From Antedon mediterranea (lineage: Eukaryota; Animalia; Echinodermata), in contig NC_092670.1 in the NCBI RefSeq assembly GCF_964355755.1, positions 22,182,795-22,246,794 on the forward strand: a stretch of DNA of 64,000 nucleotides. Reading direction: 5' to 3'. Under the pieces are notes generated by a model. That model was not told where the DNA came from and did no database searches. It saw only the letters and a program-made list of their open reading frames with translations. Positions 62,483 through 64,000 of this stretch are shown piece by piece; position 1 is the stretch's first letter, and each line of letters starts with the position of its first letter. A program made the position numbers and the translations under genes.

Positions 62483-63970
62483 ATCAATGTATGTTATATC
62501 ACTCACCGACAACCGATGAGCAATGTATGTTATATCACTCACCGACAACCGATGAGCAATGTATGTTATATCACTCACTGACAACCAATGAGCAATGTAT
62601 GTTATATCACTCACTGACAACCAATGAGCAATGTATGTTATATCACTCACCGACAACCAATGAGAAATGTATGTTATATCACTCACCGACAACCAATGAG
62701 TAATATATGTTATATCACCCACCGACAACCAATGAGCAATGTATGTTATATCACTCACGGACAACCAATGAGCAATGTATGTTATATCACTCACCGACAA
62801 CCAATGAGCAATGTATGTTATATCACCCACCGACAACCAATGAGCAATGTATGTTATATCACTCACCGACAACCAATGAGCAATGTATGTTATATCACTC
62901 ACCGACAACCAATGAGCAATGTATGTTATATCACTCACCGACAACCAATGAGCAATGTATGTTATATCACTCACCGACAACCAATGAGTAATAAATGTTA
63001 TATCACTCACGGACAACCAATGAGCAATGTATGTTATATCACTCACCGACAACCAATGTATGTTATATCACTCACTGACAACCAATGAGCAATGTATGTT
63101 ATATCACTCACCGACAACCGATGAGCAATGTATGTTATATCACTCACCGACAACCAATGAGCAATGTATGTTTTATCACTCACCGACAACCAATGAGCAA
63201 TATATGTTATATCACTCACCGACAACCAATGAGCAATGTATGTTATATCACTCACCGACAACCAATGAGCAATGTATGTTATATCACTCACCGACAACCA
63301 ATGAGCAATGTATGTTATATCACTCACCGACAACCAATGAGCAATGTATGTTATATCACTCACCGACAACCAATGAGCAATGTATGTTATATCACTCACC
63401 GACAACCAATGAGCAATGTATGTTATATCACCTACCGACAACCAATGAGCAATGTATGTTATATCACTCACCGACAACCAATGAGCAATGTATGTTATAT
63501 CACTCACCGACAACCAATGAGCAATATATGTTATATCACTCACTGACAACCAATGAGCAATGTATGTTATATCACTCACCGACAACCAATGAGCAATGTA
63601 TGTTATATCACTCACCGACAACCAATGAGCAATGTATGTTATATCACCCACCGACAACCAATGAGCAATATATGTTATATCACTCACCGACAACCAATGA
63701 GCAATGTATGTTATATCACCCACCGACAACCAATGAGAAATGTATGTTATATCACTCACGGACAACCAATGAGAAATGTATGTTATATCACTCACCGACA
63801 ACCAATGAGCAATGTATGTTATATCACTCACGGACAACCAATGAGCAATGTATGTTATATCACTCACCGACAACCAATGAGCAATATATGTTATATCACT
63901 CACTGACAACCAATGAGAAATGTATGTTATATCACTCACGGACAACCAATGAGCAATGTATGTTATATCA
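62483..63970. repeat. 36-bp minisatellite (ATGAGCAATGTATGTTATATCACTCACCGACAACCA), about 41 units, in a gene B intron
   Basis: Highly homogeneous tandem units; they explain all ORFs from 62474 to 63945. Confidence 0.96.
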
Positions 63971-63974
63971 CCCC

Positions 63975-64000
63975 CAGGCCCGTAGCCAGGGGGGGGTTTT
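63975..64000. mobile_element. Probable terminus of a G-rich hAT-type MITE
   Basis: Abrupt switch from the minisatellite to CAGGCCCGTAGCCAGGGGGGG; truncated by the window edge. Confidence 0.4.

Noticed and set aside
62474-63945. Long repetitive ORFs in several frames
   Set aside because: By-product of a 36-bp unit lacking stops; no codon-position bias in the variants and a frame break near 63055.
62483-63970. CRISPR-like 36-bp periodicity
   Set aside because: No unique spacers, no cas genes, eukaryotic intron context.

Overview
This is AT-rich, intron-rich animal genomic DNA, by inference from a marine invertebrate deuterostome such as an echinoderm. It carries two head-to-tail polycystin-1 family (PKD1/REJ-type, 11-TM) genes on the minus strand. 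I spliced both by hand. Gene A starts at ATG 41477 and runs off the left edge; 51 phase-consistent exons give about 4,244 codons in the window. Its order is: signal peptide, an unnamed beta-rich domain, WSC, PKD-like repeats (one split by a second copy of the unnamed domain, another by four F5/8 discoidin domains), a 3,042-bp PKD/REJ exon, REJ, an SEA-like insert, GAIN/GPS, TM1, PLAT and the channel-like region. Gene B enters from the right edge and has 23 exons in the window (GAIN/GPS, PLAT, TM domains, coiled coil, stop at 43567), including a GC-AG intron. The introns hold Helitron/Helentron-type elements, MITEs, Deu/Nin-core SINEs, a decayed LINE RT and minisatellites. Top observations: nested, frame-preserving domain cassettes in gene A; a TM-exon fragment inserted in an upstream intron between perfect 20-bp direct repeats; and a 17-bp-TSD-flanked tandem array of a ~364-bp unit containing a cloverleaf with an ATC anticodon. 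Domain names come from motif recognition, not database searches.
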